Part shown: one piece after another, positions 8,084 to 18,151 of the stretch
Position numbering within the stretch: the stretch's first letter is position 1
Layout: the number at the start of each line of letters is the position of its first letter
Assembly (NCBI GenBank): GCA_016861205.1
Contig: BOKX01000001.1
Span: 264,539-328,538, forward strand
DNA from: Patescibacteria group bacterium
GTDB lineage: Bacteria; Patescibacteriota; Microgenomatia; UBA1400; PJMF01
Direction: 5' to 3'
DNA: 64,000 nt
The notes under the pieces: model-generated
Databases searched by the model: none
What the model was told of the DNA's origin: nothing
The model's input: only the letters and a program-made list of their open reading frames with translations
Made by a program: the position numbers and the translations under genes

Positions 8084-9594
8084 ACACCAATCGTAACGTC
8101 CAACAGATCAAGTGTTTGCAAATCAAACAACCGAATTAGGTGATTATTTGTGTCTGCAATGTACAGGTGGTGTCCGCGAAGTTTGACGTCATTTGGTTCG
8201 TACAATGGTAAGATTTGGCACATTTTGTCGCCAATTTGACAGGTTGTCTGATCATGAGGTTTGACCAAACTAACTACGGTCTGCTTCTCCAAATCGATGA
8301 CTCGTAGGGCATGATTGTAGGTGTCAGCTACGTAGATCAAATGGTCACGCGCTGCTAAACCGAGAGGATGTTGGAACAAGGCTTCATCAAGTTTTCCATC
8401 TTGGTAACCAAACTCAAATAAGCCAGCCCCAACAATAGTCTCGACGCTTCCTTGGTTCAGTTCAATTCCCCGAATACTCGAGGTTTCACTATCTGCCACA
8501 AATAAATGATGTCCGTTCCAACTAAGGCCGCTTGGCTGGGCCAATTGGGCTTTTTCTCGAGGACCGTCAGCGATGTTTTCAATGCCACTGCCTGCCCAAG
8601 GTAGGATCTCGCGGGTGTTGAAGTCGTATCGCCAGACCTGATGACTACCAGCCATCGCAATCCATAAGTACTGATCGTAGTACAAAATATCCCAAGGTGA
8701 GTTCAATGCTGTCCGGGGGCCAGCTCCCCCTCCGTCACCCCAAGCTGCCTGGTAACCAAGGCCGGCCAAGGTTGTGACCATCGGAGCTTGACCACCTTTA
8801 TCCTGAGTTGACTCACCTACCCAAATTTGTCGCAGCGCATGATTTTTGGTGTCAGCTACATAAAGGTAGCCAGCTGAGTAGGTCAAGCCTTGAGGTTGGT
8901 TGAACTGGGCTGTTAAAAATGCTCCGTCTTTAAAACCAGGTTGGCCACTGCCAATAACAGTTGTGACTTTCAACTCAGTTTGGGTGATCAGTTGGGTTTC
9001 CAAAATCCGATGATGATTGCTATCGCTTATAAAAAGTCGTTGACCTGAGTCATCAAAACAAATTTTGCCAGGAAAACGCAAGGTTTGAGCTGGGGCCGGC
9101 TTAAGCACAGGTTTGATGGCAGGCTGGCTGGCGAGATGCTTGGTTCGCTTTGCCTCTAACAATAACTGATTGATGATGTTTTTGATCTCAGCAGTATGAC
9201 CTTCTCCAGAACCATGCCAGCGAATATACCCTTCAGCATCGATAATCACTAACGTGGGCCAGGCTCTGACAGCATATTGATTCCAAATTTCGTGGTCACT
9301 GTCGATGACAACCGGATGAGCAATCTCGTAGCGGTCGATAGCTGATTGGATATGTTGGGGATCGTTCTCGTTATCGAACTTGGCCGCGTGAACTCCAATG
9401 ACCGCAACTGGTTTATCATGAAACTCTGTTTCAAGTTGTTGAAGCTCAGGTAAGACGTGAATACAGTTGATACAACAATAAGTCCAAAAATCTAGAACAA
9501 CCACCTGGCCTTTGAGGTCGGTCAGTGCCCAAGACTGAGCCGAGTTGAGCCAAGTAAGATGAGATGGAAAAGCTGGTGCTTTGATTTTGTACAT
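8080..9594 (-). CDS. Thioredoxin-like + NHL-repeat protein (NHLRC2/SOQ1-like)
   Basis: LDFWTYCCINCIH, GVHAAKFDNE, and NHL repeats (LYVADTKNHALR, LFVADSETSSIR). Confidence 0.9.
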   Translation of the reverse strand: MYKIKAPAFPSHLTWLNSAQSWALTDLKGQVVVLDFWTYCCINCIHVLPELQQLETEFHDKPVAVIGVHAAKFDNENDPQHIQSAIDRYEIAHPVVIDSDHEIWNQYAVRAWPTLVIIDAEGYIRWHGSGEGHTAEIKNIINQLLLEAKRTKHLASQPAIKPVLKPAPAQTLRFPGKICFDDSGQRLFISDSNHHRILETQLITQTELKVTTVIGSGQPGFKDGAFLTAQFNQPQGLTYSAGYLYVADTKNHALRQIWVGESTQDKGGQAPMVTTLAGLGYQAAWGDGGGAGPRTALNSPWDILYYDQYLWIAMAGSHQVWRYDFNTREILPWAGSGIENIADGPREKAQLAQPSGLSWNGHHLFVADSETSSIRGIELNQGSVETIVGAGLFEFGYQDGKLDEALFQHPLGLAARDHLIYVADTYNHALRVIDLEKQTVVSLVKPHDQTTCQIGDKMCQILPLYEPNDVKLRGHHLYIADTNNHLIRLFDLQTLDLLDVTIGV

Positions 9595-9596
9595 AG

Positions 9597-10586
9597 CTAG
9601 GCTTTAACCTTTCGGTTAAAAACTTTCCAGGCAGCTTTTTGAATATCTTCGGTTGTTAAGTGATACTTGGCAAGTAGCTCTTTGCTTTGTCCAGATTCAC
9701 CAAAGGTATCTTTGACTGCCACACTTTCAACTGGTACAGGATAGTGTTGGGCGCAAGTTTGGCTAACAAGACTACTCAATCCACCATGGAGTTGATGTTC
9801 TTCGGCCGTGACAATAGCGCCTGTCTGCCGCGCCGCGGTGAGAATAGTTTTGGTATCAAAGGGCTTAAGAGTACTAGCGTTTAAGACTCGGACAGACAAA
9901 CCTTCTTGTCTTAGTCGTTGGGCTGCAGTCATGGCTGGGGCGACTAGCAAGCCACAGGCTACGATACTGAGGTCCTTGCCTGTTTCAAGTGTCGAAATTT
10001 TGCCGAGCGTAAATGAACCATTTTTACTTGTGACATCAGGGCACTTATCTCTTGCCAATCTCAAGTAGCTCGGGCCGACCTGACCAGCGATAGCAATGGT
10101 CGCTTGATAGGCCTCGTATGCGTCTGCTGGAACGACAACGGTTACGTTAGGAAGCGACAGTGTGAGCGCCAAGTCTTCTAAAGCTTGATGGGTGGCACCA
10201 TCTGGTCCAACGTTCAGTCCTGCGTGGCCGCCTACGAGTTTGACATTTAGGTTTGAGTAACAAACTGAAACCCGAAATTGGTCCCATGATCGGCCGGGAT
10301 TAAACACCGCGTAGCTAGCTGCAAAAGGGGTTTTACCTCCCAGTGCCATGCCTGCTGCCACTCCGACTAGATTTTGCTCCGCAACCCCTACTTCCACGAA
10401 GCGATCGGGATAGCGGGCGGCAAAGTCAGCCATCCGGACTGACTCTGTGACGTCAGCACATAAACCAACTAGCCCAGGATAGAGTTCAGCCGCGGCCACT
10501 AACCCAGCTCCAAAGCCGTCTCGAGTTCCACTGTCGAGAAGTTGGATGGGGAAAGCTGGTACTTTGAGTTTTTTTATTCGTTCCAT
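9597..10586 (-). CDS. Transketolase, C-terminal (pyrimidine-binding) subunit
   Basis: RFVEVGVAEQNL, GPDGATHQALED, AEEHQLHGGL. Confidence 0.93.
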   Translation of the reverse strand: MERIKKLKVPAFPIQLLDSGTRDGFGAGLVAAAELYPGLVGLCADVTESVRMADFAARYPDRFVEVGVAEQNLVGVAAGMALGGKTPFAASYAVFNPGRSWDQFRVSVCYSNLNVKLVGGHAGLNVGPDGATHQALEDLALTLSLPNVTVVVPADAYEAYQATIAIAGQVGPSYLRLARDKCPDVTSKNGSFTLGKISTLETGKDLSIVACGLLVAPAMTAAQRLRQEGLSVRVLNASTLKPFDTKTILTAARQTGAIVTAEEHQLHGGLSSLVSQTCAQHYPVPVESVAVKDTFGESGQSKELLAKYHLTTEDIQKAAWKVFNRKVKA

Positions 10587-11440
10587 GTTTGCCCCTGAAT
10601 AGTGCGCAATTGTTTGAGTGCTTGTGCAGCTTGGTCGCGATTGGGTGGTGATCCATGCCAGTGATAGTCCCCTTCCATGAAAGTGACACCTTTACCCGGA
10701 ATGGTTCGGCAAATGATGGCACTTGGGGCTGTATTGAAGCTTTGGGCTAAATAGAGGGCTGAAATGATAGCTGAGAAATCATGTCCATCTATCTCTTGAA
10801 CATGCCAGCCAAAGCTCTCTAGCTTTGGTTTGAATGGTTCCAGGGGCATGATGTCTTCAGTTGTGCCATCAATTTGGATGTTATTGCGATCAATCAGCAC
10901 AGTGAGGTTTGCCAATCGGTATTTGGCTGCGAACAAGTAAGCTTCCCAAGTTTGGCCTTCCTGATACTCAGCATCACTCATCAAGGTATAAACTTGATTA
11001 TTTCTTTTATCGAGTCTCAAGGCATATGCAAGGCCACAAGCTTGGGATAAACCTTGTGCGAGTGGTCCAGAGGTGTTCTCGATTCCTGGCAAGCTACCGA
11101 GATGGGGGTGACCCTGCAGTCTTGAGCCGAGCTGGCGGAGAGTTTTTAACTCGGCTTTCGGAAAGTAGCCGGCTTCAGCTAAGGTTGCATACCAGACCGG
11201 ACAGATGTGGCCATTTGATAAGAGGACATAGTCACGGCCAACCCAAGTGGGTTGTTTCGGGCGGTGCTTGAGCACGGAGAAGTAGAGTGCTGTGAAAACA
11301 TCAGCCATGCCAAGTGGCCCGGCACTATGGCCACTACCTGCAGCCAAGAGCATCTTGATGACGGACTGGCGGATTGCGGCTGAGGTTTCAGACAGAGTAA
11401 TCAGCTGCTGAGGTGTTGGAGGGCGGTGAGTGTCTGGCAT
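10574..11440 (-). CDS. Transketolase, N-terminal (TPP-binding) subunit
   Basis: AGSGHSAG, DYVLLSNGH, LQGHP, SDAEYQEGQTWEA..DRN, TIPGKG. Confidence 0.93.
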   Translation of the reverse strand: MPDTHRPPTPQQLITLSETSAAIRQSVIKMLLAAGSGHSAGPLGMADVFTALYFSVLKHRPKQPTWVGRDYVLLSNGHICPVWYATLAEAGYFPKAELKTLRQLGSRLQGHPHLGSLPGIENTSGPLAQGLSQACGLAYALRLDKRNNQVYTLMSDAEYQEGQTWEAYLFAAKYRLANLTVLIDRNNIQIDGTTEDIMPLEPFKPKLESFGWHVQEIDGHDFSAIISALYLAQSFNTAPSAIICRTIPGKGVTFMEGDYHWHGSPPNRDQAAQALKQLRTIQGQTWNE

Positions 11441-11491
11441 GCCTTGCAGTATCAGTTATACTGTACCCTGAAGACTGAACTCAAGACTATA

Positions 11492-12202
11492 ATGTCCAGA
11501 CCCCCCGACCCACATGTTTTAGCAGCGGTGCCACCAGATGGCATTTGGTTTTTGGACAAACCGACGAGCTGGACAAGTCATGACGTGGTGGCCTGGATCA
11601 GAGGCAGAACTGGTATTCAACGAGTCGGGCATGCAGGTACTCTTGATCCGTTGGCTACCGGGTTGCTTATTGTACTTGTGGGTCGATCGGCAACGAAGCG
11701 GCAAACAGAATTTCTAAAGCTTGATAAAGAGTATTCGTGTGTGATGCGGCTAGGGTTTGTAAGTTCAACCTATGATCGTGACGGACAGCTGAGTTCAACA
11801 GCCACCTGGGACCAGTTAACTGCCATCACTCCAAAGGCGGTCCAGCACGTTTTTGAGAGCTTTATAGGTGACATTGATCAACAGGTGCCACTCTATTCAT
11901 CTGTCAAAGTGGCTGGTCGGTCATTGCATCGGATAGCACGAGCTGGTGAGCAACTGGCAACCGCACTGCCCGTCAAACGAGTTCATATTCACAGCATTCA
12001 TATCGATAGTTTTAATCGTGAGGTGAGTGACCACACGTTGGACATTCATTTCACAGTTGCCTGTGGTTCTGGGACGTATGTGCGATCGTTAGTGCATGAT
12101 GTAGGTCAAAAACTGAAGGTTGGGGCGATTGTTCAGGAACTGAGGCGAACGAAGATTGGATCTTACACTATCGAAAATGCTCAGCAATTCCCCATAGCTT
12201 GA
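11492..12202 (+). CDS. truB: tRNA pseudouridine(55) synthase
   Basis: DKPTSWTSHDVV, VGHAGTLDPLATGLL, CGSGTYVRSL; short form without the PUA domain. Confidence 0.95.
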   Translation: MSRPPDPHVLAAVPPDGIWFLDKPTSWTSHDVVAWIRGRTGIQRVGHAGTLDPLATGLLIVLVGRSATKRQTEFLKLDKEYSCVMRLGFVSSTYDRDGQLSSTATWDQLTAITPKAVQHVFESFIGDIDQQVPLYSSVKVAGRSLHRIARAGEQLATALPVKRVHIHSIHIDSFNREVSDHTLDIHFTVACGSGTYVRSLVHDVGQKLKVGAIVQELRRTKIGSYTIENAQQFPIA

Positions 12203-12278
12203 GTTCATACTTGTCATTAACCACAAGATGTAGGTACACTGATATGATAGCTGGCTGAGCCAGTAGTGGGTTTTATGC

Positions 12279-13514
12279 ATGAACATGCCCGGAGGTTATG
12301 ACACAGTCCTAATGATTGGATGGGAATACCCGCCTCACAACAGTGGTGGGTTAGGTGTGGCGTGCGAGGGCTTAACCCAAGCACTGGCGGATCATAATAC
12401 TCAAGTTTACTTTACCCTTCCCTATCAGCACCCAACCGCGCTTGGTCACATGCAAGTTGTACCTTGTATTGATCCAACTTGGTCGAACCCAGCTGGTGGT
12501 CCACCTTTTTCGGTGTATTCTTCAACCTTACCACTCACGCGAAACCAAGTAGATGCGGATGAGTTGCACGCGTTGCCACAGTCGGAGTTAGAGCAGCGTG
12601 TCGAAATGTACGCCCAAGTTGTTGCTCAGCAAACACAGGCAGTCCAACCCGAAGTGGGCGTGATACATGCGCATGACTGGATGTCTTTTCCAGCAGCTGC
12701 CCAGTTAAAGCAAGCGACCGGTAAGCCGGTGATTGCGCACATCCACTCGACCGAACACGATCGCATTCCCAATGGTTTGGGTAGTTCCTACATTCTTCAA
12801 ACCGAAGCTGCTGGGATGGCCATGGCAGACAAGATTATTGCTGTCAGCTACTACACGAAGAAATTATTGGTTGATAGATACGGGATTAATCCAGAAAAAA
12901 TTGAGGTAGTTCATAACGGCATTCTCCCCTTAGATCAGCACGCTGTACCACCGGCTCAGTCACAGTTTGCGCCTGGGCAACCGGTTATTGTTTTTATGGG
13001 TCGACTTACCCAGCAAAAAGGTGGTGAGTTTTTTGTGAAGCTGGCTACCCAAGTCTTGCGTCAGCGACCTGACGCTCTGTTTGTGATAGCTGGCCAAGGT
13101 GATTTGTATCATGAACTTTTGTTCAAAACCGCCTACGACAAGCTGTCAGCTTCGGTTTTGTTTAGTGGTTTCCTGAGGGATGCTCAACGTGACAAGCTCC
13201 TTAATCGAGCCGATATTTTTGTGATGCCATCATTGTCTGAACCCTTTGGTTTGGTAGCTCTCGAAGCCGCGCAACGCCGGACACCGGTGATCGTTTCAAA
13301 GCAGGCTGGTGTATCAGAAGTTTTACCGAGTGCGATCTCGGTTGATTTCTGGGACGTCGACAAAATGACTCGTACCATTCTCGAGCTGCTCTCAAACAAA
13401 GGGTATGCACGGCAAATGGTGACCAATCAGCTGCAAGAAGTCAGCAGTGTGACCTGGGATCAAGCGGCGGATAAAGTCAAACGTATTTATCGCCAAGCCT
13501 TTTTGGGCCGTTAG
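12279..13514 (+). CDS. GT4 glycosyltransferase (alpha-glucan/glycogen synthase-like)
   Basis: GWEYPPHNSGGLG, IHAHDW, MPSLSEPFGLVALEA; first gene of the GT4-GH57-GH15 cluster. Confidence 0.9.
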   Translation: MNMPGGYDTVLMIGWEYPPHNSGGLGVACEGLTQALADHNTQVYFTLPYQHPTALGHMQVVPCIDPTWSNPAGGPPFSVYSSTLPLTRNQVDADELHALPQSELEQRVEMYAQVVAQQTQAVQPEVGVIHAHDWMSFPAAAQLKQATGKPVIAHIHSTEHDRIPNGLGSSYILQTEAAGMAMADKIIAVSYYTKKLLVDRYGINPEKIEVVHNGILPLDQHAVPPAQSQFAPGQPVIVFMGRLTQQKGGEFFVKLATQVLRQRPDALFVIAGQGDLYHELLFKTAYDKLSASVLFSGFLRDAQRDKLLNRADIFVMPSLSEPFGLVALEAAQRRTPVIVSKQAGVSEVLPSAISVDFWDVDKMTRTILELLSNKGYARQMVTNQLQEVSSVTWDQAADKVKRIYRQAFLGR

Positions 13515-13529
13515 AAATTGGTTGTCAGT

Positions 13530-14723
13530 ATGCCTCAACTGTGTTGGTATTTTCAGTTACATCAGCCCTATCGGTTGCGGGACCTCAGCATTTTTGATTT
13601 GGGATCTGAGCCAAGTTACTTTGGCCAAGTAGAGCGAGACGCTAATCGTGAAGTTTTTCAAAAAGTAGCTCAAAAATCATACATACCAATGTTGTCTTTG
13701 TTGTATCGTCTGACGCAAGCTGTTCCTGAGTTTGTGTTTGCCATATCAGGATCAGGCGTGTTTTTGGAACAAGCTGCGGAGTTTGCACCTGAAGTTATTG
13801 CTTGGTTGAAGAAGTTGACAACCACGGGTCAAATGGAGTGGTTGTCTGAAACATACCATCACTCGCTAGCTAGCCTTTACTCTCCCGCCGAGTTTCAGCG
13901 CCAGGTGGCAGCCCATGCTCAGAAACTGGATGAGTTATTTCAAGTGCGGCCCACAGTATTTCGTAACACGGAGCTAGTTTACTCTAATGACGTAGCCCAG
14001 TTGGTGGCAGAGCTGGGGTATCAAGGTATGTTGACTGAGGCTGTTGACCGATACCTGAATGGTCAGCCCAAAACAACAGTGTATCAAGACGTTTCGGGTC
14101 AGTTAAAGCTTTTGCTCAAGCATGCACAGTTGTCTGATGATATTGCGTTTCGATTTTCTGAGCGAAGCTGGCAGTGGTATCCCCTGACTGTTGATCGTTA
14201 CCTCGAGTGGCTGGAGGTGTATCCAGAGTCAGAAGTTATTAACTTATTCATGGACTTTGAAACATTTGGTGAGCACCAGTGGGAAAGTACGGGTATATTC
14301 GATTTTTTTGAGAAATTGATCCGGCGTTTTGTTGAACGTGATTGGAACAGCTACAAAACACCCAGCCAGCTCTTTGCTAGTGCCAAACTTGGCTCACTAC
14401 CGACCTACAATGTACCGCAGCCCATTTCTTGGGCAGATGTGGATCGGGATCTAACTGCCTGGGTGGATAACGCCTTTCAGCGTGATTGTCTTAGGTTGGT
14501 GTATGAGCTAGAACCGGCCATTCTGGCAAGCCGTGACGCACAACTCATCAATGACTGGCGCCGACTGCAGACGAGTGATCACTTTTACTATATGTGCACT
14601 AAGTGGTCAGCCGATGGTGACGTACATGCGTACTTTAGTCCATACGAGTCGCCGTACGAGGCGTATCGCCGTTTCTCGATTGTGTTGGCAGATGTGAAGA
14701 GACGCTTGAGTCTGGTAACTTAG
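13530..14723 (+). CDS. GH57 alpha-amylase family protein
   Basis: FQLHQPYR, ETYHHSL, FRNTEL, FMDFETFGEHQW, LQTSDHFYYM. Confidence 0.93.
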   Translation: MPQLCWYFQLHQPYRLRDLSIFDLGSEPSYFGQVERDANREVFQKVAQKSYIPMLSLLYRLTQAVPEFVFAISGSGVFLEQAAEFAPEVIAWLKKLTTTGQMEWLSETYHHSLASLYSPAEFQRQVAAHAQKLDELFQVRPTVFRNTELVYSNDVAQLVAELGYQGMLTEAVDRYLNGQPKTTVYQDVSGQLKLLLKHAQLSDDIAFRFSERSWQWYPLTVDRYLEWLEVYPESEVINLFMDFETFGEHQWESTGIFDFFEKLIRRFVERDWNSYKTPSQLFASAKLGSLPTYNVPQPISWADVDRDLTAWVDNAFQRDCLRLVYELEPAILASRDAQLINDWRRLQTSDHFYYMCTKWSADGDVHAYFSPYESPYEAYRRFSIVLADVKRRLSLVT

Positions 14724-14821
14724 CTATTGTTAGTCTAGTATTCGGGGATTCTATCGCAAAGAATTTCCGTCACGATTTGCTTACTTGAGCCTATACCCCA
14801 AACCTTGCTACACTGGCAGAT

Positions 14822-16837
14822 ATGCCTCGTGCTTTGGTTTTGGGTAATGGCCAGTTGTTAGTCAGTTTAGACCAGTTTGGGTTTGTCAGGGATTTTTACT
14901 ATCCGTATGTGGGACTTGAGAACCACACCATGGGCGAACGACACCGGATTGGGGTCTGGGTAAACAATCGATTTTCGTGGCTGGATGATGGCAGCTGGCA
15001 GATTTCCCTAGGTTACAAACCAGAAACCATGGTCGGCTACTTAGTCTGTAAAAATGAAGCACTCCAGATGAGTTTGGTCATGGAGGACATCGTATACAAC
15101 GAACAAACGGTGTTCATTCGCCAAGTTGATATTTACAACCATGCTGAAGAGTGTGTCGATATTCGCTTATTCTTCCATCAAATTTTCTATATTAGCGAAG
15201 CTAAAAAGCGAAATACAGCTTTCTTTGATCCAACACACACTGCCATGGTGCACTACAAAGGTCGACGGGTGTTTATTGTGAATGGTCGGACTGCTGATGG
15301 TACCACCATGGATGATTACTCGGTAGGTGCCTACCACTACGAGGGCAAAGAAGGTACTTTCAAAGACGCTGAGGACGGTCAACTGAGTCGGAACGCAGTT
15401 GAGCATGGTTCTGTTGATTCGGTGGTGCGGTTTAGTGTGAAGTGCCAAGGCAAAGAAAAGACAACGGTCTATTACTGGATTTGTGCCGGTAAGTCACTTG
15501 ACGAAGCCTACACTGCCAACGAGATGGTCATGTCGAAAACTCCAGCTGGTATGCTCCACTCGACTGAACAGTACTGGAATGCTTGGTTAAACAAACAAGA
15601 ACTACATACCGAAAAGAACTTAACCGCAATCCAAAAGAAACTTTTTGATACATCGCTATTTATTTTACGAGCTCATGTCGATAATCGTGGGAGCATTATA
15701 GCGTCGGCCGATAGCGAGATGATCGAGTATGGCAAAGACGACTACGCCTACATGTGGCCTCGTGATGCGGCATTCATTGTCTCGACACTTGATAAGGCTG
15801 GCTATCATGAAGCCACCAAGCAGTTTTTTCTATTCTGCAAAGACGTTTTACATCCAGACGGGTACTTACACCATCGCTTCCGATCTGACCAAAGCTTAGG
15901 TTCAACCTGGCATTCTACTGTTTCTCAGCAAGAGTGGTTGAAGGATAAAATTTTGCAGTTGCCGATTCAGGAAGATGAAAGTGCCAGTGTTTTGTTTGCC
16001 TTATGGAAACACTACGAGGCAACCAAAGACTTAGAGTTTATTGAGAGTTTGTATAAGCCATTTATCGAGAAGATTGCTCGTTTTTTGATGAACTATCGTC
16101 ATAAAGAAACAGGCCTCCCATTGCCCTCATATGACCTTTGGGAGGAAAAGAACGGTGTTTCAACGTATACCTGTGCGGCTGTGTATGGTGGGTTGATGGC
16201 TGCTGCCCAGTTTGCTGAACTCCTTGGCAAACGCAACCATATGCGAGAGTACAAGAACTCAGCTAAAAGTATTAAGCAGGCAGCCATTGACCATTTGTTT
16301 CATCCCAAGCTCAATAGTTTTATTCGTCACGTCACTATTGAGAATAACCAAGTCGTGCCGCATGAAGTGGTTGATGCCAGTTCTTTGTTTGGGTTGTGGT
16401 ACTTTGGCATGTTAGATCAAGATGACGAGCTACTTATGAAAACCCAAACTGAGGTAACTGCTCGCTTAACAAACCCCGATCCCGTGGGTGGTGTGATTCG
16501 CTATGAAGCCGATGAGTACTTTAAGTCTACTGACCGGTCAAACCCGTGGATTATTACTACGTTGTGGCAAGTCCAGCGACTTCTCTACCGCCATCCGGTT
16601 AAGTTGGAGGACCTAGAGTTGGTTAAGAAAACGCTCGATTGGGTGGTTCAACACATGTATCCATCTGGGGTGTTGCCCGAACAACTTAATCCGCATACTG
16701 GCGCATCACTGTCGGCGACCCCGCTCGTTTGGAGTCATGCCGTTTATGTCGAAACAGTTTTGTTATACTTGGATGCGCTGCATGAGCTTGGACTGTGCGA
16801 AAAATGCGGGCCACTTATGGTGCCTCATGAGCTTTAG
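14822..16837 (+). CDS. GH15 glucoamylase-like glycoside hydrolase
   Basis: YAYMWPRDA, DLWEE, LPEQ, PLVWSHA motifs. Confidence 0.92.
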   Translation: MPRALVLGNGQLLVSLDQFGFVRDFYYPYVGLENHTMGERHRIGVWVNNRFSWLDDGSWQISLGYKPETMVGYLVCKNEALQMSLVMEDIVYNEQTVFIRQVDIYNHAEECVDIRLFFHQIFYISEAKKRNTAFFDPTHTAMVHYKGRRVFIVNGRTADGTTMDDYSVGAYHYEGKEGTFKDAEDGQLSRNAVEHGSVDSVVRFSVKCQGKEKTTVYYWICAGKSLDEAYTANEMVMSKTPAGMLHSTEQYWNAWLNKQELHTEKNLTAIQKKLFDTSLFILRAHVDNRGSIIASADSEMIEYGKDDYAYMWPRDAAFIVSTLDKAGYHEATKQFFLFCKDVLHPDGYLHHRFRSDQSLGSTWHSTVSQQEWLKDKILQLPIQEDESASVLFALWKHYEATKDLEFIESLYKPFIEKIARFLMNYRHKETGLPLPSYDLWEEKNGVSTYTCAAVYGGLMAAAQFAELLGKRNHMREYKNSAKSIKQAAIDHLFHPKLNSFIRHVTIENNQVVPHEVVDASSLFGLWYFGMLDQDDELLMKTQTEVTARLTNPDPVGGVIRYEADEYFKSTDRSNPWIITTLWQVQRLLYRHPVKLEDLELVKKTLDWVVQHMYPSGVLPEQLNPHTGASLSATPLVWSHAVYVETVLLYLDALHELGLCEKCGPLMVPHEL

Positions 16838-16846
16838 AAAGGCGAA

Positions 16847-17773
16847 ATGCCGAAGTATGTGATTGCTGTTGATGGTGGAGGAACGAAGACTCACGCATTG
16901 TGCGCTGAAGTGGGTGGCGGAGTAATTGGTGAGGGAGTATCTGGGCCAACGAGCCTGGCGGCTACAACTGTAGGCGCAGCTAGTTTTAATTTAAAAGAGG
17001 CTATCCGCCAAGCCACTGAAAAATTGCCTCCAGAGACTATCTACGAACGTTTAATAATGGGTTTGGCGGGCATGGATACAGCAGAAGAAGAAAAGCAAGC
17101 TCGGGCAGTGTTCACTGATGGCTTAGCACATGTGCAAGTAAATGAGTTTGTACTAGTTAATGACACTCTCATCGCCCTGGAAAGTGGTAGTAATGACCCC
17201 AACTCGCTAGTGGTGATTGCTGGGACTGGCTCGAACTGCATGGGTCGAAATCAAGAAGGCCAAATGGCAAAGGCTGGTGGTATGGATTATTTACTGACCG
17301 ACCAGGGGTCAGGATATGCGATTGGTCGTGCGGTTTTGCGACAAGCAGTTAAAAGTTTTGATGGTCGAGGAGCCAAAACTGAACTTGAACAGTATGTCTG
17401 CCAGCACTTTCGGATTGAGACATTGGCAGACCTTAAGACAAAGGTATACAACCCGCCCCTGAACAAAACCGAGGTGGCTGAGCTGGCTCAACTGGCACTG
17501 CGCGCCTACGACCAGGGTGATGAAGTTGCCAAGCGCATTTTTGAGCTGGCCGGTGATGAGCTCGTTTGTATGGCGAAGGCGGTTCTAACAAAGCTCAATC
17601 TGCTGTCACGACCAGCCACCTGTGTTCTGGCAGGAAGTATCACTAAAATTAGCTACTTCAATGAACGCCTGAATCGCGAGTTAACAGCCCTGAATCCACA
17701 GTTAACTATTGCGGTTCCTACTCAGGCCCCGGTTCACGGTGCTCTCGAGATGGCGCTGCGTAATCTGGTATAA
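16847..17773 (+). CDS. BadF/BcrA-type ATPase, probable N-acetylglucosamine (sugar) kinase
   Basis: VDGGGTKT, LVND, VIAGTGS, GGMDYLLTDQGSGYAIG. Confidence 0.88.
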   Translation: MPKYVIAVDGGGTKTHALCAEVGGGVIGEGVSGPTSLAATTVGAASFNLKEAIRQATEKLPPETIYERLIMGLAGMDTAEEEKQARAVFTDGLAHVQVNEFVLVNDTLIALESGSNDPNSLVVIAGTGSNCMGRNQEGQMAKAGGMDYLLTDQGSGYAIGRAVLRQAVKSFDGRGAKTELEQYVCQHFRIETLADLKTKVYNPPLNKTEVAELAQLALRAYDQGDEVAKRIFELAGDELVCMAKAVLTKLNLLSRPATCVLAGSITKISYFNERLNRELTALNPQLTIAVPTQAPVHGALEMALRNLV

Positions 17774-17782
17774 TGTTGCCTC

Positions 17783-18151
17783 ATGCAAGCAGAAGATGCT
17801 CGACTAGCTTTAGCCATTGGCGCTTGGGTTCACCAGCGTAGCGATGTTCCACGGAAAGTAGTGGATCGTTACCGAGGCAAGACCTATCAAGATCCGACTG
17901 CTCAGGGATCTGGCAGTCAATTTAATTTCCGGACCAAATCACCTGACCATTTAATCAAATCTGATCGAGTGTCACGACGCTACTATGTTGAGTTCGATGG
18001 TGACACATCGTCACTGCTCGTTGAAGAACAAAGTAGTGACACCTATAAACTAAGTGATCTGGACAACAAGTATACGTATCAAGCTGAAGTCCGCTCAGAC
18101 CGAGTAACGTTACGTGGTCACGGATCTAGCTATGAGTTTGAGTTGTCATGA
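17783..18151 (+). CDS. Hypothetical protein (beta-rich)
   Basis: 122-aa ORF with TATAAT 8 nt before the ATG; overlaps the next gene by ATGA. Confidence 0.65.
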   Translation: MQAEDARLALAIGAWVHQRSDVPRKVVDRYRGKTYQDPTAQGSGSQFNFRTKSPDHLIKSDRVSRRYYVEFDGDTSSLLVEEQSSDTYKLSDLDNKYTYQAEVRSDRVTLRGHGSSYEFELS

